This document shows, piece by piece, positions 29,816 through 45,452 of a stretch of 64,000 bases of DNA. The DNA comes from the human T2T-CHM13v2.0 reference genome, Homo sapiens. The DNA lies in NCBI RefSeq assembly GCF_009914755.1, contig NC_060945.1. The stretch is one strand, 5' to 3'. A program made the position numbers and the translations under genes. The notes under the pieces were generated by a model, which was not told where the DNA came from, did not search any database, and was given only the letters and a program-made list of their open reading frames with translations. Each line of letters begins with the position of its first letter. Positions within the stretch are counted from its first letter, which is position 1.

Positions 29816-32800
29816 GTAAGTGACCTTCCCTCAGAGCCGGTCTTCCCGCGCGGGCGCCCCCGCTGCCGCTAGGCCGCCGTCCCCCGCGCGCCCTGGCCGC
29901 GGGACGCCGGGCCTTCCTGCACTCCTCGGAGGAGGCCGGGGCGGCGGGCGGGCGGCGGGCGTCCGCGGGAAGGGGGCGCGCGTGGGCCGGCCGGGCCCGG
30001 CCGCGTGCGCGCGGGAGGCGGGGGTGTGCCTGCGCGTGTGCGCGGTCCGGGAGGGTGTGCCTCGCAAGCGGCCCGCCGGGCGGGGGGCGGGGCGGACCGA
30101 GCGGGCCCCGACCCCGATCCCGGCGCCGGCCCGCGGGAGTCCAGTGGAAGGTCCGCGGGAGGACACGCGCGGGCGCCCAGCCCGACTCCGGCCCGTCCCC
30201 GCCAGTCGTGAAGCTGCCTCGTCGCCGGCCCCGCCGCCGCCGCCTGGTCCGTCCCGCTCCGCCGCCCGCCGGCTGCCGCCGACCGCCTCCGCTCTAGCGC
30301 CCGCCGGCCGCCCGGAACGTCCGCGCCCAATAAAGCGTTCCTCCAAAGCTTGTTTGTGCCGTTGTCTGTATTCCAGTCTCTTGCAATCGCTCTCATGTTA
30401 AAAAAAAATCTTTTGACTTTTCTTTTTCTGACTTCAGCGAAAATCCCGCTCCGGGTGCCCTTAGCCCAGTTTCATTCATCCAAGTTGTGGCCTTTCTTGC
30501 GCCTCCAGAAGACACTTTCTTCCCCCTGCTTTTGATTGATCTTGAGGTAGGGGATTTCAGGTTTGGAGGGATGCTAAGCGAACCAGCGGCCCCTTTCAGG
30601 TGACGGCGTGGCCAAGGACAGGGGCCCGCGGCCCGGAGGCAGCTCACTTCGTCCTCTGTCCTGGGTCATGTACTCCTCAAGTCGTCGCCGAAATCCCCAT
30701 TCTCCCGTGAATTCGGAATTCGGTAACGTAGTTTGGTGTTATGTTTTTTTTTCTCCACCAGGTGTAATAAAACAAAAATCATTGTACCACGTCCGAACTT
30801 TGTAAGCACAGCTTCCTACAGCGCTAGAGGAGTGGACGCATTTTTACGTTTGAAATTAGGCTCCAGGTCAATTGCGAGGAGTATTACCAAGTTTGGTTGA
30901 ACTTAAGCTCAATTGATAAACTAACAATCACGGAGCGTCGGGAGATTGTTAGGAAGTGTGCTTTGCATATTGTTAACTGGGAAGGGACGCCAGTGCCTCT
31001 CTATGAGGTCCAGACAGCCTGGCCAGGCATGCCATTGTGTCCCCCAGCTTGTTCTTCATGGATTTGGAAGAAGTTAAGATAGTATCTGTTCAGCCTCTTG
31101 AATATCCCTTTTGGCCCTCCTCCTTGCTTACCAGCATATGTAACTCCGAAAGGATAGGAGCAGTGAAAACAAAGCATTATTAAAAGGGAAGATTTTTAAT
31201 TAGGTGGAAGTTGTTTAAGCCCTCCCTTCAACTTACGTGTTTTAGGGAATGTGGAACCTGGGAAATTCGTTACTGAAATTCCTTTTGTTTACTTTCCTTG
31301 TCTTGGGGAGGTAGCAGGTGACACTGAAAGAGGCAACCTGTAGGCAATAATATTTGCTCATTCTGTAACCCTTTGAAACCTTTGAAATGAAGACTTGCCC
31401 TCCCCTTTGTTTTTGCCATAGTTGCCAAGTATCTTGGTTAACATGGCTGCAAGTATTAAGTGTATTTCTTTTACCATTTTTTTTTATGTCCTGTAATAAC
31501 ATAGCCTTTGGATGTGGAGCACCCATTTTTCACTCTAGTTCAGATCAACAGAGCGTAATTTGGTTAAAATAATAAATAACCTTCCTTGAAATCTTCGCAT
31601 GAGGGAAGGGGGGCAAAAAAAAGAAAAAAAGCCCTAGAAAGTAGATAATAAAGGTGAACTGCCTCTTGGAGAAAGAGGCCCCATGGCAGTAGATAGAAGG
31701 TTGTAACAGTGGTGACTTATGTACAATGGCGAAGTTATGTTGAGGAGATCCTTGACCTAAATAAAGTAATATTAAACAATAGCTTCTCAGTTATTTGTTC
31801 AAAAACCTATCTGTAGCTTGTAAATGTGGCACAAACACAAAGACTTCCAGGTTTTAGACCAGTTTGCTTGCTTTCAGTTTAGGAAAATAGGATTCTAAAA
31901 TAGGATGAATGTTTGGGGGGAAACGAATTTAAAAAGTTAACTCTAGGCTTATGAAATGAAAAATGCGACTGTGAGCTTGCACACCGGTAGCAGGCCTTGG
32001 AGAAACCACAGTTCTAACCCGAGGCACTTTGTGCTTCTGTTGCAAGAAGGGTATTGAAGCTCCTCAGTTCAAAGTTGCGTATCTTCCACGTTTTTAGATT
32101 CTTAAGTGTATACCTCTTTACCCCTTTAATATGATGTATTTTCCTTTCCTCCCCAAATCATTTGTGCATCTTGGAATTGAGGAAAATGCTGTGTTAGGCA
32201 ACTTTAACAGCGGATATGGAAGTTAAGAAACTATAGTTTTCCAGCCTTTGGACTCCCAGAGCTGCTCTCCTGTTTTTTCTCCGCAGTACTCAGCCTGGAG
32301 AGCATTCTTAGTCTGTTTGGAGAATATTAACTCCTCCCTGTCCTCATTACTTTTTTTTTGACCCTAGCTTGACTCCTTTAAATTGAGCTTGCAAAGTTTT
32401 AAAATTTAAAATACAGGCCCTGTGTTGGCTGTCACAGTATCTGGATTGTAGCAAAGTCAGTTGCGGGAATGCCCATTGAAAGATTTCAGAGTGTATTATG
32501 TAGAGTCAGTCATATTGAACTATACAGTTGTACAATTAGTCACCCAGAAATTCCAATACTATGTTTTTCTCAGTTTGCAAGTAGAAGTTGATTATGAGTA
32601 TCTACTTTTGTACTTCCAAGTTTGGGCATTTAGGAATGTAGTTAACTAGTGTTTCTAAGAAGAAATTTATTTTCAAGTACCATATAGCTTGATTTTTAAA
32701 AAAGTGTGTATATAAAAAAAGTTATTTCTATTTTCTGTTTTAGCGTGAAAAGTAGGTAAAAGTGTGGTTAAATTCTGAAATATGACGGTAAAGTAATGGA

Positions 32801-35160
32801 TGTTGTGAAACTAGGCCTTTAAAGGTGACAAGCAATTTGAAAAACCAGTTGTTTAGACCAGTCTTAGTTCATATTTATAGAAGAGTCTCTGGAATAAAAA
32901 GATTTTAAAAGTCCTGTTACACCCATATCAGATAGCATCAAGAGAGTTTTATTCACTTCTGGAAAACACAGTATTCAAAGGCTGTAATGTGAAAGGACAT
33001 AGCCGCAAAGGAGAGACCAAGGCTGCAGTCCCAGGTAGCCTCATTTCAGTGTGAGGAAGACCTCTGACAATGGAAAAAGAAATGGATTGCCTGTGAGATG
33101 GTGAGGTCTATATCCACCTCCACCCTGCCCCCCCTGCAATGAGAACTTTGAGGTAGATGAGGAGAAGGGGTCATGTGTTTGGTGAGTGAGCTCTCTTGTG
33201 AGTGGGAAAATGGTTGAAGCCCTTTGGTTTCACTTGATAATTAGATTTTAAAGGTTGGTATTTCAGTTAGGTAAAAGACTGAAGTGCCAATACATGAATG
33301 GTAAAGCCGCATACTGTATAATGTAGAGGAGCTTAGGAAAAAAATGAAACTTTGTAGACACTTTTTATGCCTTGGGTATACAGGAAGAAGAAATCTGAGG
33401 AAAGAAATCTGTGCAATACATAAGTATTTTGTGGTTACTTTAGGAACGCTAATTACGTCTCGTGCCCTTTTCCCAGAAGGTGTTCACAGTTGGCATAGAT
33501 TATGAAAGCCCTGGGATAATACTTTTCCTGAAATCTTCTCATTGGCGTTCAGGAATTTTTACATGAAGAATTAAAGGTTAATGGCTTAATAACTAATTCA
33601 CTTGCTAAATGATTCCATTGCATGTACAATAAGATAGCATTTATATATATATATCTTCATATGTTTTTCTAATAGGAATAAAGAAGATAGCTATTTTGGA
33701 AATCTTAAGTTCTTATTAAAACAAACAGTAATTTTTATGTTTAATACTCAACGCAGATTATATTTTACATTTAGATAACTCATTGAAATAGTACTTTGGT
33801 AGGGTAAGGAGTTTTGTGTAATCTGAGTTTGAGTTCTGACTTGGTTTAATTTGAATATAGAAAAGTATAATCAGTTCCTAAAATGTAGAAAACAGTTGGT
33901 TTTCTGGTAGAGTGATGAAGAGTTTTTCTCTAAATGCAAGCCTTTTTTGATTAGAACACCTGGCAAAAGTTTTGTATTTGTTCTAGAGTTCTATTCAAGT
34001 TAGGATGTTCTGAAAGTAATGCCTATGAAGTGCCTGTATTTTAGATACCCTTTGGAGATGGAGGGTGCTAATAAACTGAAGTATGAGTCAGGTCAACCCT
34101 AGGTCCTTGTAGTTTGCTTGGCAAGCATTTGATAACTAGGAAATAGTGAAGTTTCTGCTGTGTGTTGGTGGGAGACATCAGTTCAAACGGAAACATCTAG
34201 CTGTCAAGTGGTCTTTTTTTTCTTCCCATGGGCCCTCCCTAAACAGCTTAGCCTTGTATCTTTAATAATCTCTCTTTGTGTTTTATCTGCTTGAAACCAG
34301 GCAACTTAAAATAGTTACCTAGTAATGGAAGACTTGACCCTGTGAACAATGTTATACTTTCATTTGGTATTAAATTTTCTTGGGTTACAGCTTATTGCCG
34401 CAGCAAGCTATTGAAGAAGGAAGGAGTCCTGTTCCTGCCCCTGAGCTACAGCTAAGGTACAAGGAATGGCTTGGGGGTAAGGAGTCCTTCCTCACCAGAT
34501 ATGGTTTGTATGTATGAAGACTGCTTGTCAGAAGTTGACATTTTGCACTAATTTTTTTTCTTAATTCATGACTCACACATTCAATACTGATGTTTCTAGA
34601 TTTTAAAAATCTAGGTTATATCTAGTATTATATGCAGACTATTGAATCTTCTAACCTTTTAGATTATAAAATCAGTTTCAAAAAATTAAGAGTTCAAAAG
34701 CAATGACGGGAAAATTCTGAAGTAATATTTTTCATCTAGTGCCTTTGCTGTGTTTGTACTACTACATGTTTAACTCATCTAAAAGAAACCTGGAATACCA
34801 TAATGGGGTTTAACATGAAGGTGGAAGGAAGGGTAGAGAACAAATGATAAAATACTGTGTGATTACTCATGTTATAAAAAGTTGTTGCAATTTGATTATC
34901 AGACTTTTCCTATTTAATGTTCTTAGCTTTGTGTTAGAATTTCCAATATACTCATGAGTTTATCTGTTTTTAGTGGAAGGCAATATTTTTAAGACGTGTT
35001 ATCAACACATGTAGTTACCTCTTAGGGGAATCCTTACTTAAGGAATTAGTCAAATGAATGTCTGGTAAGTTATCAATTTGTCTAAAGGAAGAACTACCCT
35101 TGGGTTTGGAAAGTGACAGTTAATTCAGCCTCTTATCCTTTTTGTTGCTTTGAAATTAGA

Positions 35161-35410
35161 GCAAGAGTTGGCAGCCTGTGGCTTCCGGGCCAGATCTGAC
35201 CTGTCACCTATATTTTTGTGGCTTGTGAAGTAGGAAAAGATTTTACAGTTGAATAGGTGGGGAAAAAAACAGCAATACTTTATGGCACTTGAATTTCATA
35301 AAACTTTCACATTTCAGAGTCCATAAGTAAAGTTACATTGGAACATGACCCTGTTCTTTTGTTTATATTTATTATCTAGTCCTTTACAGAAGAAATGTGC
35401 CAGCCCCTGA
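35161..35410. mobile_element. hAT MITE (MER58-like)
   Basis: 'gttggcagcctgtggc...gggccagatctg' ... 'tttacagaagaaatgtgccagcccctg'. Confidence 0.5.
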
Positions 35411-35479
35411 TTTAGAGTATATAGACACAATTTTCTAGGTGCATCATTTTTCTTGGCTTCTTATGCTGCTGTTTTCTGA

Positions 35480-35854
<375 letters not shown>

Positions 35855-38800
35855 TAACAAGCTGACAACTCTGGCATTTTCTGTTCTCTTCTGTGCTGGT
35901 TATGGCCTCCTGGGTATCCCCTTGGCACTGCAAACTCAGTGTGGTTAAGAACTTAATGTGTTGCCTATCCCCAAAGTTGCCTCTGTTATTGCTTATTTCT
36001 GTTTATCGCTTCTCTGTCTTCTGTCATCTGGGGCTGAACAAATGCAGTTCTTTCTTTTCCTGCAGTCTCAATGCCATATAGTCTTCTCTGCCCTAGTTGA
36101 ACTGCTCATGTTGTTTGTTTCTTCCTTGGACTCTTGCAGTTTCTTAGCTGGTCTCCTGACATACTACTGAGGGGAGGATAGCTAATACCTGTAAATACGC
36201 TTGTAGTGCAAATATATGTCCTTGAGATACTTTAAAACACCTAAATAGGTGCACTTATAACAAGGAAATAGTAGAAAGCATTAAGTGATGGCTTTCTGAT
36301 TCCCATACTAATTGATTGTATCAACACTTGCCAAATTACTGCATACTTCTCATTTTCAAATACATGCAGGATGAAGTCACATCCAAGGCTGTCTCAGTAT
36401 GACTCCCAACTTATTTTTTTAACCTCATCTTTCAGTTTTTTTCCACATTTTATATGCCCAGTAAACAAAGTTGTGCAGATTCTTATAAATACCATTACCT
36501 TTTATTTTCTTTGGTGCCGGCATCATGCTGTTTTTCTGTTTGGAACACCCTCCCTTTCCACAATACCCCACCACCTCCATGAAAAACCAGTCTCATGTTC
36601 TTCCAAGTTCATCTTAACTCATTTGGTACATTAAACAAATATCAAGGGCCTGCAACATTAGGAGTATAATAGACTAATCTTTCCTTTGGTTGCATGAATC
36701 TCATCACGTCTCCCATCACATGGATCACTTTCTACTTTGTATTACAGTTAATTGGTGAATATGTTTTACCTCCTTTGCTAGATTACAAATTCTTGAGAGC
36801 TGAGTCTTTCATGTTTGTTCTGCTATGCTTTGCATATATGGTAGATACTTACTAAGCTGCCTTGAGGGGTTACTACTCTCATCTCTATAAAACAGTTATT
36901 TGCTATGATACAGCGTGTTGACCTCGTGCTAGTAGTTTGCTTACAAGTCAGTGCACTTCGCTCACGCTGGGTGAGTTGTATGTTACCAGAAGTTGTGTTG
37001 ATTTCCAAGACTGTTTTATGACAGGTAATCTTGTTTCCGTAAAATAATTTAAATATCATGTGAGCTGATGAAATGAGTGCAAACCTTTGTTTCCTGAAAA
37101 CCAAGTTGGATTCTTTGGGAAGACTTGATAAAAGGTGAGTCATTAAAATAATGACTGTAGAATTAGATATGGCTGAAATAACTCAAAGTTTGGGAAGAAA
37201 AATAACTAGGAGGATTGTGTATGTGGAGTGTTTTACAAGGATCTTTTAAACTTTCCACTTTAATGAAGCTGAAACTGGAAATTGTAGATAATGCCATCTG
37301 TAGATGTCGCTTAGATCAAGCAGAAGGAACTCAAATCATCAGGGAACTCCAGGTCATCGATTCCATTCTCCAAGTGCTTGTCATGACCCCTATATTGAGG
37401 TTGGCAAATAAATGTATGTTTATGTGTTGAATAAAATACTTAATAAAATACTTAAGGTACGTATATATAGTTTTATGACTGGATATGGCTTTGGGTATGA
37501 AGGCTTCTGCTTTATAGAAAAATGCTGATTTTTTTGTTTTCTATTATAAATGAGTAGAAAAACCTTGTAAGATCTGAAATGAAGATACTGGATGTGTTAC
37601 CATAGAATAAACAAAGACTGGCATTGGGAGACTAGAAGGAGCTTTAGAGGCAGATGGGACTGGGTTTTGGATTGTAGCACCTACTTCCTAAGGACTTTAA
37701 CCTTCTGGATCCTCAGTTCCTTCTTTGTAAAATGGAAGTAATTCATTTGGGAGGGTATTTGAAGATAAAGTGGTTATGTGACCTTGGAGGTAGTTAAGTG
37801 TAGTTCTGTCATTAAAGTAGCTTTGTGGTCTTAGGCAAGTCGCTGTGAACTTCATTGCCTAGTTTTTCATTATTCCCAGTTTATTAATGAAGAAACTCTA
37901 AAAGATAAAACTTATTATATCTAAGTTTATTTCATCAGAATCCCAAACTAGATCAAAGCTGAAATACAGTTCTTGTTAAGTAAATGTTTGAATTAGTGGT
38001 GTTGGTGCTTACTACTCTGCTCCCATCTATTATTGCCATGAGGGGTGTGGGCCTGGTTTTGCCAGCTTTTTTTTTCTCTCTTCCTCCTACCAGCCAGAAA
38101 TCCAGATTTTATAGGAAATCTGGTTTTTTTTTTTTTGATGTTGCCAACTAATTGAATACTTAGGTACCATGGATCAAATGTAATGTATCTGTGGGTTAGG
38201 TTGGCTCTCATTTTGTAATCTAGATATTCAGATAATTAGCTGTAGGTTGTCTGTAAATCTCTTAGCATTTATGTTGACAAAGCCCACCTTGTTAATTGGT
38301 CACTGGTTTGCAGTAGGACTGATTTCAGCAATGGCAGGCATATTCAATTCTTGAAAGTATCTATAGTTTCGGATTGTTGGGTTGTATATGTGCATTTAGG
38401 CTAAAATATACATGTAGGCTTCAGAGCTGCACCGTGTAAACTGTGAGGGAGTGACATTCACAGTCCACTTTTTCTTTCAATGTCTGAGTGATATCTTGTT
38501 TTAGGCATGTATTAGTACTATTTGGTTTGTACCCATTGTATTAACCTCTTAGGTGTTTGAAATACTACTGGCATGCAAAGATTGCTTTGCCTAGAAAATA
38601 TTTTTTTTTGCTCAGAGTGTATCTGTGGAATTAAAAATAGTTTACCCATGATCCCTGGAAAATAGTATTACCATGAAAAAAATTCAGGTGCTCTCTTGGT
38701 AAAGATTATAGAGGAGGGAGGTGATGACATTTTTATTTTTGACCAGGCTTTGTGTTTCCATAAAATAGAAGCCAAGTTATTACCTTGACTAACCTTCCTT

Positions 38801-41669
38801 TTTTGTCTTTTTTTTCACTCCCACTCCAGATAGATAACATCAAATTGCAAATAAAACGAACTCAGATCCCAGGTTGTTCTTACGTACGTTTTGGCCCAAG
38901 GTGTAATTGACTTGTTTTGCTTCCCCTTGCAATCATTTTTACTATGATTACAGTCCCAGGTAAGGTAATTTCTGTCCACTTTGGGCATACCTCAGTAGAG
39001 GTTGGTGTAGATGAAAGCTTAAAAATGAAATTGCAAGTGAAAGCACAGACTTAGCAAAACTTTCTTTATTGGAGCCCTCAATCCTCATAAACTGGCATTT
39101 TTCTGCTTCTGCCCCAGAATCGAGAATTCCTGGTTTTGTCTTTGTTTTGACTTGAGTTTTTAAAAGTTTCTCTGTAACACCTACCCTGGAGTGGTTAAGT
39201 GCTTTAATTTTGTCAGGTGAAGAAACCAAGTGCAGTTATGGTAGCCGGGTTGCTGTGGATATAATCCAGTTTGAGAAAATTCTCATTGTGGTGATCAGAA
39301 GTGCAGTGTTGTGGTTGCATTTCAGCTGCTGGGAAGATGCTCTTGCAAATCCATGTGTCGTCTTTGCTTCCGTTAGAAAGGTGCAGAATCAGTGTAAGTT
39401 CCAGATATCTGCTCCCTTTTCATTTTGTGCTCAGATGCCCCGTGTATGAATTCCGAATATAAAACATCTGTTCAGTCTGGTTTTGATTCAGATTTAAGGT
39501 GAATTTCTGTTGCTCAGTTGAAAAGCTAAATTTGAGTGTAGGCTCTGTCAGGCATGTTGTAGGAAAGGTGTATGGTACTGAAGTGTGTGGTTTTGTTTTT
39601 TAACTGCTTGACACTGTTAAGTAAGCAAATGACCCAGTCATGGGTTGTTTTGATTGCCATTCTTCTGTTGGTGTACTGCTTGCCTTCTGTTTTGTTAATA
39701 GTCATATGAGAAAACAGTTGTATGAAGTATAGTATCTTGAAGCTTTAAGACACCAAGTTTCCATTAGGCAGCCTAAGTCTCGCAGACTTTGGTAGCACTG
39801 TTGGTCTCATGGGAATGCCATTCTCATGTGTGGACTAAGTAAGGGCCAGGAGATTTTGCAAATTTTGTGTGTGTAAGAAGATCGAAGAAAACATTTTTCC
39901 TAATGTCACTGTCTTGAGTATTTTATCTGATTAGGATGGACTCATTGGAAACTATTGATAATTTCAAGATTTCTTGTCATCTGGCATACAAAGAAAACAG
40001 TCGTGACCCTATTTCCCTGGATTTTTCTATCCCTCTACTTGTCCTGTGTTTGCAATGCAAGAGGAAAATCCAGCTGCCTTTATAATCTAGAATACCATGT
40101 TTCTGTTTTTATTTCTTAGGTTTAATTCAGGGCGTAATTTCTACCAGTCCCTCCAAATACTGTTAAAGTTACTCTTTTTGTGGTCTTACTTCTTACTTCT
40201 TGAGTGTTATATTCTCCAAACCTTGGAGAAAATTAGAAGGTTTTAAAGTTTTCCAACTGAAAAGTATCTTTCAGAGGAAATACCCTAATTTCTGAATCTT
40301 CTATTTATAACTTGGCCTGGAGAATTATAATCTGGTCTACCAGGAAAGGTGCTTGTGCTTAGGTTTTCTGCCTTAGTCACATGGAAAGATGAGCAGAAGC
40401 GATTTCCTTCTAGAAACAGTTTTTTTCTAGAAACATAAAATTGGAACCAAGTAGACTGAGAACAGAAAAAAAACACAAAGTTGACCTGGTAGGATGTTTT
40501 ACCTCTATAAACCTCATAGTTGCTAGCCTTTGAGGGAGGCTAGATGAGTTGATAATAATGCCTAACCTTAGCAATGGATTGAAGTAGGGGTGCAGGGGTT
40601 ATGTAGGTGTGTATATGTATTTAGGATATATATACACACCTACATATTATACACACACACATATGTACAATTCTCTTGAATCCTCAGCCATCTAAGGTTA
40701 GGTAGAGCTATTTCCATTTTACAAATGGAAAAACTGAAGAATTAAAACACAGACTTGGTCATACGTAATGGTAAATACAGTAGTTTAATGAAATTTTGTA
40801 TTGTACCTATCACTCAGCTTCAACTGTTAATTTCCAGTCTGCTCACCTCTGTTTTCTTTATCTTAAAATTTTTTTCATTAATTTCCCTTGGCTAACATGA
40901 CTAAAAAAATTTCAGACTTAAAGAGCAGTTCATTTAACACTTGTATGATTTTTGCCTAGATCACTAATTGTTAGAATATGCCTTATTTTATCTTTTTTTA
41001 ATCTGCGTTATTTTGAGAGTTGCAGACATCTTGACATACCTTTCTTAGGAATAAGGGCCTTCCTCCTAACCACAACATAGTCATCACATTCAAAACGGAC
41101 ATTGATACGATACTACCACCAAATATTCAATTCATATAGAAATTTACGCTGTTCTTCCAGTAATAGTTTTTAGTGTTTTAATTCAGTATTCAATCAAGGA
41201 TCATATATTTACTTGTTTAGTCTCCTTGAACAGTTCCAAAGCCTTTGTCATTAATAACAGTGGCACTTTGAGGAGTTTTGGAGTCCAGGCCTACTGTTTT
41301 GCAGAAACCCTCACTTTGGAGTTGACTGTAGTTGCGTTTTCATGATTAGAGTTAGATTAGCCATTGTTGACAGGAATGAGTATTTCATAGGGATGTCAAT
41401 GCATCACACCGGGAGGCATACCACTTTGTTAAGCAGTCATTTGGTTAGGTGGCATTCACCAGAATGGGCCATTGTAAATGTACCCTATTTCCCTTTTGTA
41501 TTAAGTGATCTATGGAATAACAAACTTGAGACTGAATATTTTGTTTTCCAACAATCTGCATTGGTTTTAGCATCTGTTGGTGACTGAATCAGTTATTGCA
41601 GGAGTACTTTAAAGCAAACTTAGATATATCATTTCACCTGTAAGTAATTAGTGTATAAGAAATAAGGAC

Positions 41670-41970
41670 TTTTTTTTTTTTTTTTTTGAGACTGAGTCTT
41701 GCTCTTTCGCCCAAGCTGGAGTGCCAGTGGCGTGATCTCGGCTCACTGCAAGCTCTGCCTACCGGGTTTCACGCCATTCTCCTGCCTCAGCCCCAGCTGG
41801 GACTGGGACTACAGGCGCCCGCCACCGCACCCAGCTAATTTTTTGTAGTTTTAGTAGAGACGGGGTTTCACCGTGTTAGCTAGGGTGGTCTTGATGTCCT
41901 GACCTCGTGATTCACCCGCCTCGGCCTCCCAAAGTGCTGGGATTACAGGTGTGAGCCACTGCGCCCGGCC
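41670..41970 (-). mobile_element. AluY-like element, TSD agaaataaggactttt, inside an old antisense L1 remnant
   Basis: Y-diagnostic 'gcaagct' and 'caccgtgttagc'. TSD at 41658 and 41971. Confidence 0.9.
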
Positions 41971-42580
41971 AGAAATAAGGACTTTTAAACAACCGTAGTG
42001 CCTTTACACCTAACTACAATTCCTTAACACCTCATGTTCATGTTCAAATTCCCTGAATTGTCAAAAGTGTCTGTCTACAGTTTTGGTTGACTCTGAATCT
42101 AAACAAGGTCCACAAATTATGTTTGCTTAATGACCTTAAGTCTCTTACTCTGTAATAGCTTCTTACCCCACTCTTTACCTTTCCGGATTTGGCTGGTCAC
42201 TTATGCTGTTTATATATATTCTTCTATTCCAGGTAATTTCTGTAGACCCATAGGTTCTAGAAATTTGATTAGATTCAGGTTTTGTTTTGTTTTGTTTTGT
42301 AAGAGCACTTAAGTGGTCTTGGGAGGGATAGATCACATCAAGAGGGACACATGTCTGCATTTTAGAGAAAAGATTAATTCTTGGTGTGGGTACAGATGTT
42401 AGCAGCTGCATGCGTCCATTTTGAAGTCCCCCAGCAGCCTTTCTCCTGAAAATTGTAGCATCCCTGTACTCATAGCCTGGGTGCATTACTTCAGGGCTTA
42501 CCGGTGGTGATTTTTCTCATTACATTAGTCCTTTTGCATCAGTTAGCTGGATTTTATCTGACTTGTGTTTATTTCTAGTT

Positions 42581-42614
<34 letters not shown>
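42581..42614 (+). repeat. (TG)n microsatellite
   Basis: Direct reading. Confidence 0.95.
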
Positions 42615-42617
<3 letters not shown>

Positions 42618-43459
42618 CTTCCTGAAAGGTGTTGTAAAAGGATGCGTTCTTCATCTTTATTTCAGAAAGGATGTTCATGAACTCCCTTAGTGATCCTCTC
42701 AAATGTCCTCAGTTTTCTCATTTGTAAATTGGAGATCATTATCATGTCTGCCTCTTGGGGTTTTTGTTAGGATTAGATGAGCTCAAACATGTAGTGTAAA
42801 AATAGTGGTTGGCACATGGTGTTTGGTAAATGCTAGTTACTAAGGTAACTTCTTTAGTTTTGTGGGAACTCTGAACTCAAGTGTAATGGAGAGGTGGAAG
42901 AGGGAGTTCTTCATGAGTTGACATCAGGGTGCTTGGGTTTCTGTTGGGTGAGCTGAAGGGAATTGTTGCTTGCCGGCACTGACCTGCTCTTTCAGCTGTG
43001 TGGGAACAGTTGCCAGACAGACACGCACAGGGAAGGTCTGCACATATCACTGCACACTAAGAGGTGGATGTCGACAGTTGCAGCAGTAAAACTTGAAACA
43101 CGTTCCGCAGTGGAGTTAGCACAGTGAAGGGAAGTGGGCCAGACTGGTGGTAGGTGGTAGGTTGAGGGAGATGGTGGCTCCAGATACAGGTTTTTACTAT
43201 GTCATGGGCCACTGAGATTTTTATCTGAATGAACATATTTGTCTAGTCCAGTTTGCCTTGTCATTACACATACCCTCAACTGGAGCTATTTGAGATTGCA
43301 GATCACTGGTGGAGGAGGGAGGAGGCTCTTTTTCCCTTTAGGCCTCTTTAATCTGCATCTCTTGTTGCTTAAAAAACCCACTGTTGATGGTAGTATAGGA
43401 TATTGGAAGTTTAGCAGTCTTGATGGCGAAGAACTTAGTTGTTAATATTTGATTTTTTT

Positions 43460-44075
43460 ATTTAACAAACATTTGAGCACCTGTAATATGTAAGATGGTG
43501 TTCTGGACACTAGGACACATCAGGGAACAACACAGAAAATTCTACCCTCATGGAGTTTACATACATGGTAGTGAGGAGACAGAAGAAACGTTTAAGTTTT
43601 ATAGCGTGTTAGGTGTTGAGTACTATGGATAAATACAAAGTTGGAAGGGAGGCATTGAGATGGTCAGGGAAGTTACTTTTGTGCAAAGACGTAAAAGGAG
43701 AGGAGACAGGTCTTGTGGAAACCTGGGGTTACAAAGTGTTGCCTGCATAGGAAATAGCCAGTCCCAGAGGCTAGTTTGGTCCATTGTGATGAAAGGGTTG
43801 ACTGCTTGCTGTGCTAGTGCCCTGTAGTGGGCCAAGGGCAGAAGCATGGAGACAAGAGGCTGGGACAGTGATCTGGATGAGATGGAATGGTGATTTGAAC
43901 TAAGGTGCTAGTAGTTGTCTTTGATTCTGGATATATTTTAAGTATCGCCAACAGGCTTTGCTGATGGATTGATTGCATGTGGGTTGAGGGAGAAAGTGAG
44001 CAGTCAAGGATGACTAAAATTTTTGGACTGAGCAATAGTGAGGATGAAGTTGCTGTTCTGAGATGGGGAGGATTG
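43460..44075 (-). mobile_element. LINE-2 fragment
   Basis: 'ttaacaaacatttgagcacc...ctaccctcatggagtttaca' and 'tttgctgatggattg...gtcaaggatgact'. Confidence 0.65.
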
Positions 44076-45097
44076 AGAGTAGAACACATTTTTTGGGCAA
44101 GAGCAAATTATTCATACCCCGGAACAACAGGCAACTACAACACTTCATCCATTAAGAGCAGTTGTCCATAAATTTTACTGTGAGAACCCTTGCATTTGTA
44201 GATTGTACAGCTAATTCCTTTAACTTAATGTTTTAAAGTTGTGGGAGTTGATAAAGATTGGCTTAGATAGAATCCTATAGCCTGTGATGACTGGGTCAAG
44301 TATAGAATACACCTTAAGACTTACTATTTTTCCCCCTCTGGTGGAATGACTAATTAACACTGATAAAAAGAATGAAGGCAGAAAGCCTTGAACTTGGATG
44401 GTGAGAACATAGATACATCTGGTCTTACAGCTGACCCATCAGGGCTTTGCTGTATGTGAAGCCTGGGACTTCTTTTTACTTTTAATCTCTTCATTTTATC
44501 CATACACATCCATTCACATGATCACACAAAGATTTCAACTGGTTTTTATCTTACGTGCTGTTTGCAGTCTTACTTTGTTAACAGTTGTTACATATCCATC
44601 TTGTGTATTTTCAAGCACAACTTTTTAAACACGCATGATCTTTTATCAATATCGTTAATGTTTCTTCCTGTCAGTAATGTCCTTTTCACTGAAGGTAGTA
44701 TTGCATAGTGATTAAGGGCAAAAGCTGTTTAGACATATAGATGTGAGTGCACATCCTGGCTGTAACACAGACAGCTGTGGCCTGGGGTGAGTTATACTAC
44801 CTCATGGCTTCAGTTTTCTCATCTGTAAAATGGTCATAATAATTGTACTTATCTCATGATTGTTACAAGGATTAAAGTAATGCACATAAAACTAGACACA
44901 GTACCTAGATGGTGTTAGGACTTAGGTTAGTGTAAGATTTTTTTTTTTTTTTAAATTTCCATTATTTATAACTCACTTATCTTTGATAAACAGTCTTTTA
45001 CAAGCAGATAGTGTTGAGCCTCTTGAATTCTTATTGAGTTACACAAATGTTTGGTTAAGATTACATAGTAATAGGCATTGCTGCTCTGTTATTTCAT

Positions 45098-45452
<355 letters not shown>

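Larger units (their letters stand above)
28960..30330. promoter_or_regulatory. CpG island promoter of MRPS6/SLC5A3
   Basis: Very high GC content and dense CpG. Sp1/KLF boxes GGGGCGGGGC at 29535 and 29564 and GGGGCGTGGC at 29505 and 29582. Confidence 0.95.

Noticed and set aside
28977-30401. Many long overlapping ORFs (up to 193 aa) on both strands
   Set aside because: Stop-poor CpG island DNA giving low-complexity R/G/P/A translations. Only 29771-29815 has real coding support.
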